A stretch of 54,756 bases of DNA, counting the filler, from Streblomastix strix (taxonomy: Eukaryota), in the NCBI GenBank assembly GCA_008636045.1. It is 3 parts of 3 records of this genome, joined end to end, with 100 filler letters (N's around TTAATTAATTAA, not from the genome) between each part and the next. Parts side by side here need not be neighbours in the genome. Positions count along the whole stretch, not along the records: positions 36,575 to 54,756 come from SNRW01000633.1; 2 more parts are not named here. One strand, 5' to 3'. The notes under the pieces are model-generated. The model saw only the letters and a program-made list of their open reading frames with translations, did not search any database and was not told the origin of the DNA. Below are positions 38,990-52,576 of the stretch, piece by piece. Made by a program: the position numbers and the translations under genes. Numbering within the stretch: position 1 is the first letter of the stretch; each line of letters starts with the position of its first letter.

Positions 38990-39973
38990 TTGAATTTGCA
39001 GAATACATACAACAAAAGGACATCACAAAATAATGATCGTTTTCCAATCTTCATTTCAAACTATGAACAAATCCAAAATATAAACAATGAGAACAAAGGA
39101 TACAAATTAGGTCTAAATGAATTCTCCGATTTAACAAAAGAAGAATTCTCTGAAAAATACAAAACAATTCCAATAAGAAAACAAAGGGTATAAAATCTAA
39201 CTATTACTTCATTTATTAATGAGACTCACATTCCAGAATAATTTGAGTATAGATAAATTGGATATAAGACAGGAATCAAGCTCCAATAGCGATGTGGTTT
39301 ATGTTATGGGATTGTAAATGCAAATATGATTGAAGGAGGGATTTGGAAGAAGACTGGAAATTTGGTTCCATTATCTGCATATAAAAATATCGACTGTTCT
39401 TTTAGTTAATGTTTGATATATTATTTTATTTATTTAATAAATAAATTAATGTATTATATATTACATTATTTTATTATAATTGAAGGGAATATTGGATTTA
39501 AAGGCGGAAATATGCCAAATAGTTTTGATTATGTTATTGAGAATAATGGAATATTTAGTGAAGAAAGCAACAAGATTGAAAACAAAGATTAAAGCTGCCA
39601 AACTGATAAATACAATAAAACATGCGAAAGAACCGAAATAAGAGGAATATTCAATTTAAGTGAAGGTGATAAAGATGATCTAGCAATTGGATTAAATAAT
39701 TATGGACTAGTTGGAACAGGAATTGACATTTCAGGATCAGATTTCAAACAATACAGATCGGGTATATACGACAACATTAACTGCAGATCTTCTGGGATAT
39801 CAGATGGTGTATTGATTGTTGGATTTGGATATGATTGAGAATAAAAGAAAGAATTTTGGGATATTCAGAATAGCTTGTATATTAGTTGGGGTGAGAATTG
39901 GTTAATGTAATTAGCTCGGCATAGTTAGAATCGATGTGGAATATCTTAATATGCATTTGCTGCAGTTGTGTGA
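38990..39973 (+). pseudogene. Papain-family (C1A, cathepsin L-like) cysteine protease pseudogene, copy A
   Basis: I29 prodomain DRFPIFISNYEQI...GLNEFSDLTKEEF, then QQRCGLCYG, intron-like AT tract ~39405-39485, FKQYRSGIY, SDGVLIVGFG (catalytic His replaced by Asp), TGA at 39836, and WDIQNS...WGENW. Confidence 0.88.
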
Positions 39974-40303
39974 TGAATAAATTAAACTAATAATAATTGT
40001 TTATTCTTCAAGTTTAATTTGATTTCTTTATGAATGAACAAAATTTAAACAATCAATTTTACATAAACTGATTGAAAGAAATACTATTTATTGTTTATAT
40101 TAATGACGTGCTAACTGTTCATATATTATAAGAATTGATAAACGATTCAAATTTAATTCAAAAGATTATAAGATGTTTGAATGGTAAGAGTAGAAGAATG
40201 AAAGAGATTAATAAATATTCAATATTAATACTAAATAATAAATTGTTAATAATAATGAGCTAATGATAGTTACTATTCATTTGATGCGAATTAAACATAA
40301 AAA

Positions 40304-43062
40304 TCAGGTTGGAATTACAAATCTATCCTTATCAATCTCATTTTTGTTGTCTGAAATAAATATATAGTTAAAAATAAAATGTAAATTTAATGAATATTAT
40401 CATTATATAATAAATAAATAAATACCAGAGTTCTATGCAAGGTATTTAAGTGCATTTCTTGAGCAGGTTTTAGTCCATCCATTTTAATCATTGACAATTG
40501 TCTTCAAATGTTTGATAACATTTGTCCTCATCTCAACATTCTCAATCTTTCTCGCTTTAAAGAAGAATCCAATAATTATGGCTGATGCATCTTTACTTTA
40601 TTTAGTAGTATTCTTTCTGTTCATGAATTCATAGATCTTTTCTATTCCACCAATAGAAGCTATTGTATCAAAATATGGATGAATTTCTGTATCTGAAGTT
40701 GTTTCTGATCCTCCTGTTTATATGTTGAAGATTGAAGTGATTCCATACATTTAAATAATACTGTTTGAATGATTAAGAAGATTGAGAAGACCTTTGAATG
40801 GATTAAGAGTAAAGAGGAGTTATTTGATTTCATTATTATTAGTGAATGTAAGTTTGGCAAATGCTTATGAATGTTATTCTTTGATATCTTCAACTTTCCA
40901 ATTCTCAATCATATTAACAAGTGATTTTGCAATTCCACATTAAATGCATCGTTTTCGATATTCATCATTTTTATCAATATCTTTAAACATCTCAATCAAA
41001 TATTCACAGATCTCAATCTATCTTTATAAATCAATTGATCCTTCTTATCCACAAACAATTCCAACTGGCTTTGAAAGATCTTTCCACATTTCAATCCATG
41101 GAATCATTCTCAACTTTTCTAAATCACTTTCATTCACCATCGATTTAAGAAGATCATTCATTCTCTTTGAAATTTCATTCATTTTTCTCATCAATATTAA
41201 ATTCTCTTTTTACGTTGCTGGTGATTTTTCTTCTAATTACTTTCGATCTTATTCTAATGTTTTAATGCGTCCTTCTAATTAACCTGCTTTTTATTCTAAC
41301 TAAGTTTATTATTTTGTCAAAGCATCAATTTTTAAATCTTTTTATGTCTTTTCTTGATTCAACGTTTTGATTTTCTCATCTTTTTGTACTTTCTCTTATT
41401 CAAGTGCTTTACAACACACTTCTGATGCTGATGCTTTGTCTTCTGCTTGTTTCTTATCTTTTATTAATGAAGTAATACTTTAATCTTTTTGAGTGTTCTA
41501 TATTGTAAGAGTGCGAATTTATCCTTCTGCAGTTATTGCTCTTTATTCACATTAAGCCTTTTCTTTTGTTAATATTTCTATTTTATTTTTGTTCTAATTA
41601 ATTTATTCTTATTATTCTTATATTTATCTTTCAATATTTGCTTTTTCTTGTGATAGAGTATTGATTCTAGTATTCTTTTCATGAGATTGCTATTCAAGTG
41701 CTTGAATTCTTTCTTCTGATGATGCTAAACGTGATTTAACTTATCGATTTTCATTTTCTTTGGCTTCAATTTATTAATTCAATCTTATTATCTATTAATC
41801 AGAATCAATCTTTTCTTATTACAGAATTCTTTCTCTTTCATCTTTATTACGAATTTACTCATCTTATATTCTTATTCTATCTTCCAAACTTATTATCTTT
41901 TCTTTTAATTATTAAAGTTCAGAATCAGAATCAGCAATCATTTAACCTTCTTTTTCAAGTAAATCTTAAATTTATCCTGCTTTTCTTCTTATTGGTGCTG
42001 TTTCTCCAGATTTCTTCAATTAATCCAATGTTTTTATGATTTTACCTGATTTGGAGATTTTCTCAGATGCAATTGTAATGATCTGATCAAGAATAGTGAG
42101 AATGTTCATTACAAATGATGATGAAGAAGTTATCGTTGTTTGTGATGATGATGATGATGATGATTAAGAAGGAATATTGTTAAGTGCATCTGATGATCGA
42201 TCTAAGAATCCAATCTGAAGAAGACCAGATACAACATTTTCGTTTTGTTCTATCAAATTCATTAGTGAATTCTTTCCTCTTCGTTATAATTCATTGTCAG
42301 ATGACTAAAATTGTTGTTAAATAAATAAATAAATAAATAAAATATCAAAATAAATTTTAATTCAATAATCATACGAAAAGTAGTTTTGACAGTGGAATGC
42401 ACAAAACAATCCAATCATCTTTTTATTCATCTTCAACTCCAAGTTGTCCAATCATTCCAATCAATCCAATACAAAATTGCTGATTTGAATTATAAATAAA
42501 TAAATAAATAAATAATAAAAATAAATAATTAAATTAAATAATATAATCAAACTTTTATTCGTTTGTTCGGTGTTTTGGTAAATAATGAACTTGAAATTTC
42601 AATTCCTTCACTCTCAACTGCAATTCGCAGATCTTAATCAGCTGATTAATAAATGAATAAATAAATTCAATTATTAATAAATAAATAAATAATTAATAAA
42701 TACAAACATCTTGAAGCAAAGAAAATCATTTGTTGCAACACAGCGATTTGTTCATCTTCAGGAAGACTATCAGTTTTCAGTCTTAAAACAAGTTGACCAA
42801 ATGACTAAAAATAGAATATAATAAATCATAAATAATGAATGATTGATTAAAATTAGATATTTTTATTCATAATTTAAATAAATAAAATAGTAAAAATAAT
42901 GAATAATAGTATTAATATTATATAAAATCAAAATAAAAAGTATGTTCATTATAAATTTAATAAATATTTTTATCAAACCAATCCTGATGACATTGAAAAT
43001 AACAAATTTAATCCATCAATCGGGTCAGAGTGAAGTGGTCGGTGTGTTCCTTCGTCAGTCAT
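40304..43062 (-). CDS. Coiled-coil protein with C-terminal ARM-like helical domain, paralog A (about 5 introns)
   Basis: ATG at 43062 (MTDEGTHRPLHSD); GT-AG introns near 42805-42978, 42642-42707, 42480-42552, 42305-42374 and 40351-40425. E/K/Q-rich coiled coil; C-terminus IHPYFDTIASIGGIEKIYEF...ALKYLAQNS; TGA at 40304. Confidence 0.7.
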
Positions 43063-46000
43063 TGGCTAAATAAGATAATAAAATAATTACAATTATAAAT
43101 AATAAATTAAATTTATTTATTTATTTATTTGCAAGTAAAATAATTAGAGTGAGTAAAATTTATGGAAAATTTTAAAAATAGTTGAATATTTTTTCAATAT
43201 GAAATTCAAATAATTGAAATAGCAAGAAAAATAAAATAAAAGTAAATAATAAGTAGAATTATTAATACTAAAATATTCTTATAATATTGATTCAGAAAAT
43301 AATAGCGGTTTAAAAAATAAAAAAATTTCTTTCAGTTTGGATAAATGTTCATTTTGATATTAAATTTAATGAAATTGTTAAATAATTAATTTATATAAAT
43401 TTAAGCTTATATTTATATTATTAAATATGGAATAACTAAAGTAATTTATGTGCAAAAATGATTTTAAAAAATTATAAATCGTTCAACTGAAGGAATGTAT
43501 TATTAAAATTGAACGAGAAAAATATTGAAAACTATTATATTTTCAGATTTAATTATTGATAGCATGCCAGACTTGGATAGTTGTGTGGAGCTGCAGATAC
43601 TAAATAAGGTTAAAATGTGTATAGTGACAATTTAATATATCTTAATTTATTCATATTTGTGTACGTTTGAAATTCTGACAAGAATTGCTAGATATAATAT
43701 CGTTATACTTGAGCAATAATTATTTATCAATTTTTCATATCTAAAACGAATTGTCTCTATTTATTTTATATTCTTTTGTAATTGGAATACATTTATCTCG
43801 CAGAAATGTTACTCATTAATCATAAATTACATTCAATCTATCTTCATTTTATACTTTTAAAGAAAACCTCTAAACCATCTTTCATTTTACAATCCGATAT
43901 TTTTATTGTTATCAAATTAATATAGACAATAATTATATAAATTTTATGGATGAAGATTAAGAAAAAATCTGATAGATAAAGAAAGAAAGTTAAAAAAAAA
44001 ATAATTATTTCAAAAGATAGATGATTTTGAATTGTGCATTGATAGCGTTTACAAAGTTGATAGTGAAGATCAAGATACACCGAATGAGAAAATTGCTGAT
44101 GATAGCGATATTGATCAGAAACAGGATGAACCAGAAAGAGATGGAGATCAAAATTTAATATCATCTATATTTCATATTGAGATGAAGTTGATACAAATGT
44201 TATGAAATAAATTATGAATACTCACATCAATTAAGATCAGAAAGATGTTTAATGGAGAAGAGATGTAACTTTAATAGATAAAAAGATTCCTATTCAAATG
44301 GAAGGTCAATGGGAGAAAAATTACTAATTTTTTAGAACATAAGTAACAACAATTAAAATTACTTCAAGAATCATATTCAAAAACATCATAATCCTCACAT
44401 TCATAAAAGAACTACATTACTCTATATCCAATTGAATTCAATATATCTCCATTATATAGACAAGTTAGAGTTCAATTGTTTATATAAAGTGCAGAATCAG
44501 ATGCATTAATTACTTATCCATATATTAATCAGTAAGAATTGTAGATGATTATATGCAAATATATATTCAATGAATTTTATTATATTAATGATTTAAAAAT
44601 AAATAAAATATTCTAAATTTAACATTAATTATTATACAAATTTTTATTTTATTATAGGAATCATAAAAATGAAAAAAGAATCGAAAGAAGAAAATATAAT
44701 TAATAGCCTTTGAAGCTGAAATTAATGGTTTTTATTAATTTATAATTAAAGAATATATAAATGGATGATGAATTATTTATAATATTTATATTTATTTAAA
44801 TAACTTATTATTCTATATATTCTTCACTCAATTCATAAATCCACAATCTAATTTGGATAAATGAAAATATGTCAATGCAGACAGAATAAGCAACAGACTG
44901 ACTTAGCATTTGAGGAAACAGAATATTGAAGGTGATTTGGAGATGAGAAGAGCTGAGATAAGAAAAGAGCAGAGATTGAGATAGAAATAAAAAGAAAGAA
45001 GAGAAATTGAGGTATAAACTGAGAAGTAAGAAACTTCGTTAGAGATTGATTGTTAGAAGTAGAGCAAATGATGCAAAAGTATATTTATATATGAAATTTA
45101 TTTAATAGATGTTTATTTGTTAATATGATATTTAATTTATAAGAAAGAACTTTAATTTATTATTTTAATTTCATTTTTATTTTTGTTTATATTTATTAGA
45201 ATGTAATATTAGAAACTTAACCATCATCTTTCATAATTGAAACAAACTCTAATATTGAGAATACATTTATTAGAGATCCAACAAGAGGTTATATAAATAT
45301 TGACTTGAATAATTTATTAATAATTGATTAATCAGAATAATTTAATAATTTTATATGAATATTTTCATTCTTTTGTTTCTTAATATTAGTTACATATGTT
45401 TTTATGAAGAGTTTGAATATGCAATTGATGAAAAAGTACCATTAGTAGTTTCCCTTATTCAATAAGAGATAAAAGAATCTCCATACGATTCATATACCCA
45501 AAGATCGCAGAAGAAGGAATTTAAAGATCAGAATATTCAAGTTAATTACAACAACAACAATCATGATGTAGTCACCCAAGGATTGAATCCCAATTGTTAT
45601 ACAAACACAATAATCAGTCTTTTGAATACTTTGAATGAACAGAAGAGGATCTATTACTAAAGAATGAAATAAAGAATCCAATAAAAGATATTAGAGATAT
45701 TTTTATTGATAATATTAGTATGATAATCCAAGTACTAAAAGTAAGAAATATGATATTATATTCTTATTCCACAACCTCTCAATCAATTTAACCCATCTTC
45801 AAATATCTATAAATTGAAAGACTATAACTAATAGAAAGTCACTTTTTTACCATATTCTTCTTTCTATTATGATGAGACAGAATTTACAACAATTTAATAT
45901 TCTAATGTTTGAAGCAGCAAAAAGATAAGGTGAGTTCTATTTAATGAGATATGTTGATGAAGAGAGAATTTGTATTATGTCTGGGAATATGAATGCATCA

Positions 46001-46369
46001 TTTGAAGATGGTTAGAAAGTAATGTTTTAAATGAGATATTAATTTGATTAAATGAATTTATTACTTATGAATTTAATATGATATATTATATTTCATTTTT
46101 TATTATATATAAATTATACAGATTATTTAAAACCCCTAAAGTTGGAATGATGAAATAAATGTACTCATTACTGATATTAAATAATCAATCTCCATATCCA
46201 CATGTATGCATTATATGATTAATAGGAGATTGTGTTGCTGAATGGGAAGATATTGAAAATGAAAAGAAGAAGAGAAATGAAGTTGTTATTGTTCAGAATA
46301 AAGCAGAAACTCTTGAAAGAGATTCAAATGGAAGATTTCAATTGAAGTTAATATTATGAAATATATTTG

Positions 46370-47346
46370 GATAAGCAGAAACCATACAACAAAAGCACAT
46401 CTCAAAATAATGATCGTTTTCCAATATTCATTTCAAACTATAAACAAATCCAAAATATAAACAATGAGAAGAGAGGATACAAATTAAGTCTAAATGAATT
46501 CTCCGATTTAACCTAAGAAGAATTCTCTGAAAAATACAAAACAATTTTAATAAGAAAATAAGCACTATAAAATCTAACCATGACTTCATTTATTAATGAG
46601 ACTCACATTCCAGAATAATTTGAGTATAGATAAGTTGGATATAAGACAGGAATCAAGCTCCAATAGCGATGTTGTTTAAGTTATAGGATTGTAAGTGCAA
46701 ATATGATTGAAGGATCGATTTGGAAGAAGACTGGAAATTTGGTTCCATTGTCTGAATAAGAAATTATCGATTGTTCTTATAGTTAAGGTTTAAAGCACTT
46801 ATTTATTTATTTATTAATTAATTTATTATATATTATATCAACTGTAATAATATTATTGAATGAAACATTGGATGTAAAAGCGGAAACATGCCGAATAGTT
46901 TCGATTATGTTATTGAGAATAATTGAATGCTTAGTGAAGAATGCTACAAGTTCGAAGACAAAGATTAAAGCTGTCAAACTGATAAATAAAATAAAAAATG
47001 CGAAAGAACCGAAATAAGAGGAATATTCAATGTAAGTGAAGGAGATGAAGATGATCTAGCAATTGGATTAATTAATTATGGACGAGTTGGAGCAGGAATT
47101 GACATTTCAGGATCAGACTTCAAACAGTACCGATCGGGTATATACGACAACATTAATTGCAGATCTTCTGGGATATGACATTCTGTATTGATTGTTGGAT
47201 TTGGATATGATTGAGAATAAAAGAAAGAATTTTGGGATATTCAGAATATCTTGGGTATTAGTTGGGGTTAGAATGAATTAATGTAATTAGCTCGGCATAG
47301 TTAGGATCGATGTGGAATATCTTCTTATGCATTTTCTGCAGTTGTG
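46370..47346 (+). pseudogene. Papain-family cysteine protease pseudogene, copy B
   Basis: QQRCCLSYR (catalytic Cys replaced by Ser at 46679), LSEQEIIDCS, I*HSVLIVGFG, TGAs at 47176 and 47212; terminal stop lost. Confidence 0.88.
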
Positions 47347-47692
47347 AGAATTGAAATAAAATAAATTAATAATTGTTTATTAGAACTGCAACTTTATTTT
47401 GATTTATTTATGAATGAATAAAATTTAAACATTCAATTTTACATAAACTGATTAAAAGTAATACTATTTATTGTTTATATTAATGACGTACTTAATGTTC
47501 ATTGATGATAAGCATTGATAAATGATTCAAATTTAATTCAAAAGATTATAAGATGGATTGATGTGAGTTAAGATTAGAATAAAAATAAAGAGATTAATAA
47601 ATATTAAATATTAATATTAATGAATAAATTAAAGTTTATAACAATGAGATAATATCAATTATTATATGACTGAATTGAATTACACATAAAAC

Positions 47693-50552
47693 TCATGTTG
47701 GAATCACAAATCCATCCTTTTCAATCTCTTTTTTGTTGTCTGAAATAAATATATAGTTATAAATAAAATGTAAATTTAATGAATAATTTAAATATAATAC
47801 TAATTTATATTATTTCAATACTTAAGTTCTAAGCAAGATATCTAAGTGCAATTCTTGAATTGTGTTTAGTCCATTCATCTTAATCATTGACAATTGACTT
47901 CAAATGTTTGATAACATTATTACTCGTCTCAATATTCTCAATCTTTTTGGCTCTGTGAAGTTGTCCAATGGTTATGGCTGAAAGGTCTTTATCTTATTTA
48001 TCTGCTTTCTTTCTGTCCATGAATTCATAGATCTTTTCTATTCCACCAATAGAAGCAATTGAATCAAATTATGGATGAATGTCTGAATCTGATGTTGTAT
48101 TTGATCCTCCTGTTTATATGTTGAAGATTGAATTAATTCCTTATAATTAAATATTATTGTTTGAATGATTAAGAAGATTGAGAAGACCTTTGAATGGATC
48201 AAGAGTAAAGAGGAGTTATTTGATTTCATTATTATTAGTCATTGAAAGTCTAAAATATGCTTATGAATGTTATTCTTTGATATCTTCAACTTTCCAATTC
48301 TCAAACATATTAACAAGTGCTTTTGCAATTCCAGATTTAATGCATCGTTTTCGATTTTAATCATTTTTATTAATGTCTTTAAATATCTCAATCAAATATT
48401 CACAGATCTCAATTTATCTTTATAAATCAATTGATCCTTCTTATCCACAAACAATTCCAATTGGCTTTGAAAGATCTTTCCACATTTCAATCCATGGAAT
48501 CATTCTCAACTTTTCTAAATCACTTTCATTCACCATCGATTTAAGAAGATCATTCATTCTCTTTGAAATTTCATTCAATTTTCTCAGCGCTTCATTTTTA
48601 TCTTTTTCTGCCTTTGTTGATTTATCTTCTAATTATTTTCGATCTTATTCTAATGTTTTAATACGTCCATCAAGTGATACTGCTTTTTATTCTGAAATTG
48701 TGTTTTCTTTTGTCAAAGCGTCTATTTTTTAATCTTTTTAAGTCTTTTACTCAATGAATCCATTAATTTTCTCATCTTTCTCATGTATTTACTATTTCAG
48801 TTTTCGAATTATTTCATCACATCTTCTTTTCTCATTTTCTTTATCATTTTTATAATTTTCATTTTCTTAGTTCAATTTGTTAATTTCATCTTCTTTTTCT
48901 TTTTCCTTCTTTTCAATAATCTGTTTTTCTTCATCGAATATTTTTTCTCCAAATTTTTCTTTCAATCTTCCAATTTCATATTAAATCCTTTCGTTCTCTT
49001 TTCTAAGGTTAAAATTTTATCCTTCAGTTTCTCCTTTCAAAATTTCAATTTCTTTTCTTCTTCATTCTTCATCATTAACTTTGTGTGTTTATTATTCTGC
49101 TTTTTATTTTAATTGTTCATTTTCTTCTGATTTGATTTTCGCTTCATTTTATGCAGAAAGTATTCTTGCAGATTGTTCAGCAATTGTTTTCTCATTAGTT
49201 TCAACTCGTTTAAGAGCTTTTTCTTTTTGTTCTTTTTCCTTTAATAAAGACTATTCTGCTTCTTATCTTAATTATTCTTTTTCTTTCACTAATTTATTTA
49301 ATTATTCTTTATCTTTAACTTCTGCATCATATTTCACTTAATAATTCATTCGGATTTCTTTTTCTGATTCATATTCTTTATTTATATCTTCATTTGTTTA
49401 TTGCAAGTTCCAAATTTTCCAATTAAGATCAGAAACAGTCTTCTCTGCATTTCTTCTGTTTTCAATCTGATTCTTTAGATTTTCTTATGTTTTCTACAAT
49501 TCAATCATTGCATTTTCTTTTTATTGAATTTCAAATCTCATATTTTCATCGGCTTTTCTTCTTTCTTATTCTTTCAATAAGAAGTTATCAAATGTTTCTT
49601 TTTCTCGTTCAAATGATTTATTCTTATCTTCTTATGAAATTCTTAATTCATTTTCTACTTTTTATCTTTATTCTTTTTCTTTCTTCAGCTCACTTTCTAA
49701 TATTGATACTTTTTCTTTAAAATTATTATTTTCTTTTGAGATTTTCTTTTCTTTTTCTTCAAATTCAATTCGAAGTTTCTTCTCGGAATTAAATTATTCT
49801 TCCAATGAAATGCATTTCTTTTAATTAATCTTCACTTACGTTTCAGATTTTGCAAGTTCATCTTCTAAATTTTCAATTCTCTCATTTAATATCTAAACAT
49901 CTTGTTAATTCAATTCTTTAAGCCTTTTGACTTCTAAAAGTTTTTCTTCTTTTGTTCTCTTCAATTATTTTTCATACGAATTTAATTTCTCGGTTGTTTA
50001 TACTAAATTTTCTTCAAATTCTTTTGATTTCTTTTATTCGGAATCATGTTCTTCTCTAATTGAGTGAAATTAAACTTCAAGTTCTGCAATATTCTTGTCA
50101 TTCTCAGATAATCTTTATTTAAATTATGAATTTTCAATAATTAATTTTTCTTTTTCTTCAGATTCTATCTTCTTTTAATCATCAACTTATCTTCTTCTTT
50201 ATTCTTCTTCTTATGACCGTTATAAAGCTTTCTTAGATATATCTTTCTCATTATTAACTTATTCTTCAAGATATTTTACTTTATTAACAAGTTCCGTTTT
50301 CTCATTTAATCTTTCTTTAACTAAGATTTTGGCCTTTTGTAATTCAATCTTATGTTTTTCATGCAGTTCTTTCTCTTCCCGAAGCGAGATTTCAAGAGTT
50401 GCAATATTTTCTCTCAAATTCTGTTCCATTTCATTTTTCTCTCTTTTCAAATTCGAATTTTCTTCTTTCAAAATCTGAGTTAATTCATTTCTTCTGGTTG
50501 AATCTTCATTTTGGTCAAAGTGAAGTGATCGGCGTGTGTCTTCTTCTGTCAT
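47693..50552 (-). CDS. Long coiled-coil protein with C-terminal ARM-like domain, paralog B (~925 aa, one intron 47740-47821)
   Basis: ATG at 50552 (MTEEDTRRSLHFDQ). E/K-rich frame that is continuous under table 6 where checked. C-terminal domain and last intron shared with paralog A. Confidence 0.75.
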
Positions 50553-52002
50553 TGGCTAAATAAGATAATAAAATAAATAATATTAAAAAATAAAAAATTA
50601 TTTATCAATTTCTAAGTAAAATATTTAGAGTGAAAATAAAATAATTAAAATTAATGAAAAATTGATGGAAAATTTCAAATAGAATTGGCAAGGTCTTCAA
50701 CATTTATATTAAATAATTAATTTAGCAAGAAAATTAAAATAGAAGTAAATTTTAGGAAGAATTATTAACACTAAAATACTCATATAATAATGGTTCAGAA
50801 AATAATAGCGGTTTTAATAATTGGAAAATTTGTATGGTATATTTGGTAGATCATATTGATTATAATTTTAATGAAATTGTTAAATAATTAATTAAAATAA
50901 ATTGAAGCTTTTAATAAAATTATCAATAAAAGAATAACTAAAGTAATGCAAGCGCAAAAATGATTTTATAAAATTATTAATCGATCAGCTGAAAGAATAT
51001 ATTATTGAAATTGAACGAGAAAAATCATGAATAAAGTTGAAATTTAAGATTTAATTTTTGATAGTATGTTAAACTTGGATAGTTGTGTGGAGCTGCAGAA
51101 AATAAATAAGGTTTAAATGCGCGCGGCGACAAAATTATATATTGTAGTTCATTCCATCATACAAGTACATGAAAATATGACAAGAAAAACTAGGAATAAT
51201 TTCATTATACTAGAGCAAATTTATTTTTCAATTTTTCTTGTTCTATTCAATTTAAAACTATTTTATTTGTATTTTATTTTAATTTAAATATAGATTTTCA
51301 CTGAATTTACACACTAATATTATTTTGGATTCCACTTATCTACGTTGTAATCTTTCAAATAAAAACTCGAAATAAACCCACCTTTTGAACTCTTTTATTT
51401 TTTATATTATCAATATTTTATAGATATTATTTTGTTTCAATCAATTTGTTATAGAATATGTAGTTTAATCTGACTGATAAAGAAAGAAAGATAAGAAAAA
51501 AATATTAGAAAATTTTACAGAAGAATGATTTTTTTACAATATGTTGATTGTGATTATGAAAATGATGAAGAAGAAGATCTAGATACATAAAATATGAAAA
51601 TGATTATAATGAAGATAAAGAACAGGATAATCTAGATATAGATGTAGATCAAGATTTAATTTCATCTTTAGTTCATGTTGAGATGAATTAAATTCCAATA
51701 ATCCAAAATTGATTGAAGATATTTCAATCAGTTATGATCAGAAAGAAGCTAATTGATTTGAAGAGGTTGAATTTTACTTGATTAATAAGGAAATTTGCTT
51801 TGATTCAAATAATGCAGCACAATTTGCAAAAGTTGCAATTGTATTTGAAAGCATTTTAGCTGATAATTTCTTATTTAATATTATTTTTATATTTATTAAA
51901 TCTTAGAAATTAATCGTTTTTAAATTCATTTCATATTTGAGGTAATTAATATTATCATTCATTAATAAAAATCATTTATAAATAAAAAGATCAAACAAAT
52001 AA

Positions 52003-52501
52003 ATCGTAGCTATCCACGTATCTGGAATACTACCTTTTTATTGTGAAACTGTAACCTAAGGCAATGGGTCCAGTCAACGAAACCCAAAATATTCATGAAA
52101 TGTTAAACATAACATTAAATTAAATATAATCAATTTTAAATTTATCTTTAAACGTAATAAATAAAAATTGTTAATAACATTTTTATCAAGTTACTGCATT
52201 TAAAAGTAGATTGGTTAAAAGATAGTATTAGAATGAAAGTTAATATCTCAAATTTAAAATTATTGAGCGACTATAGATGAGTTATGTGTGTAAATAAACA
52301 AGAAAAATAATAATAAATAATGTAAAAGTGTGATGCCCTCTTATTAAATAATGAGTAAAATAAAACAAAATAAAATAAATAAAAACCACTCACAGGGAGG
52401 GAATGAATTGAACTCTTCTGCAAATAGATAGATATACTGGAGAAGCATTAAATTCATGGGAGGGAAAAAGGTAGTATTCCAGATACGTGGATAGCTACGA
52501 T
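52003..52501. repeat. Perfect 37-bp inverted repeat pair (52003-52039 / 52465-52501) plus degenerate direct copy at ~52531-52574
   Basis: ATCGTAGCTATCCACGTATCTGGAATACTACCTTTTT and its exact reverse complement; CTACCTTTTTATTGTGA(A/G)ACTGTAA at 52030 and 52550. Confidence 0.9.
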
Positions 52502-52576
52502 AACCTCTCCATTTCATTACGAGATTATCTAGCATCCACTTAATCTGGACTACCTTTTTATTGTGAGACTGTAATG

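Larger units (their letters stand above)
36700..51900. repeat. Tandem segmental duplication, period ~7.3-7.5 kb (unit A ~36700-44020, unit B ~44020-51520, partial diverged unit C to ~51900)
   Basis: Paired landmarks: 38110/45490 (near-identical track ORFs), 39302/46679 (protease active-site codon), 43062/50552 (start codons), and a shared intergenic block 43070-43990 vs 50560-51500. Boundaries are approximate. Confidence 0.9.

Noticed and set aside
42305..42978. (TAAA)n-like runs as satellite or telomeric repeats
   Set aside because: They lie inside short GT-AG introns of the minus-strand gene and are ordinary low-complexity intron sequence.
48373..49720. Phe/Ser-rich plus-strand ORFs in the track (also 40944-41282, 20501-20746 on -, 31339-31572 on -) as membrane proteins
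   Set aside because: They are antisense shadows of E/K-rich coiled-coil or repeat genes on the opposite strand.
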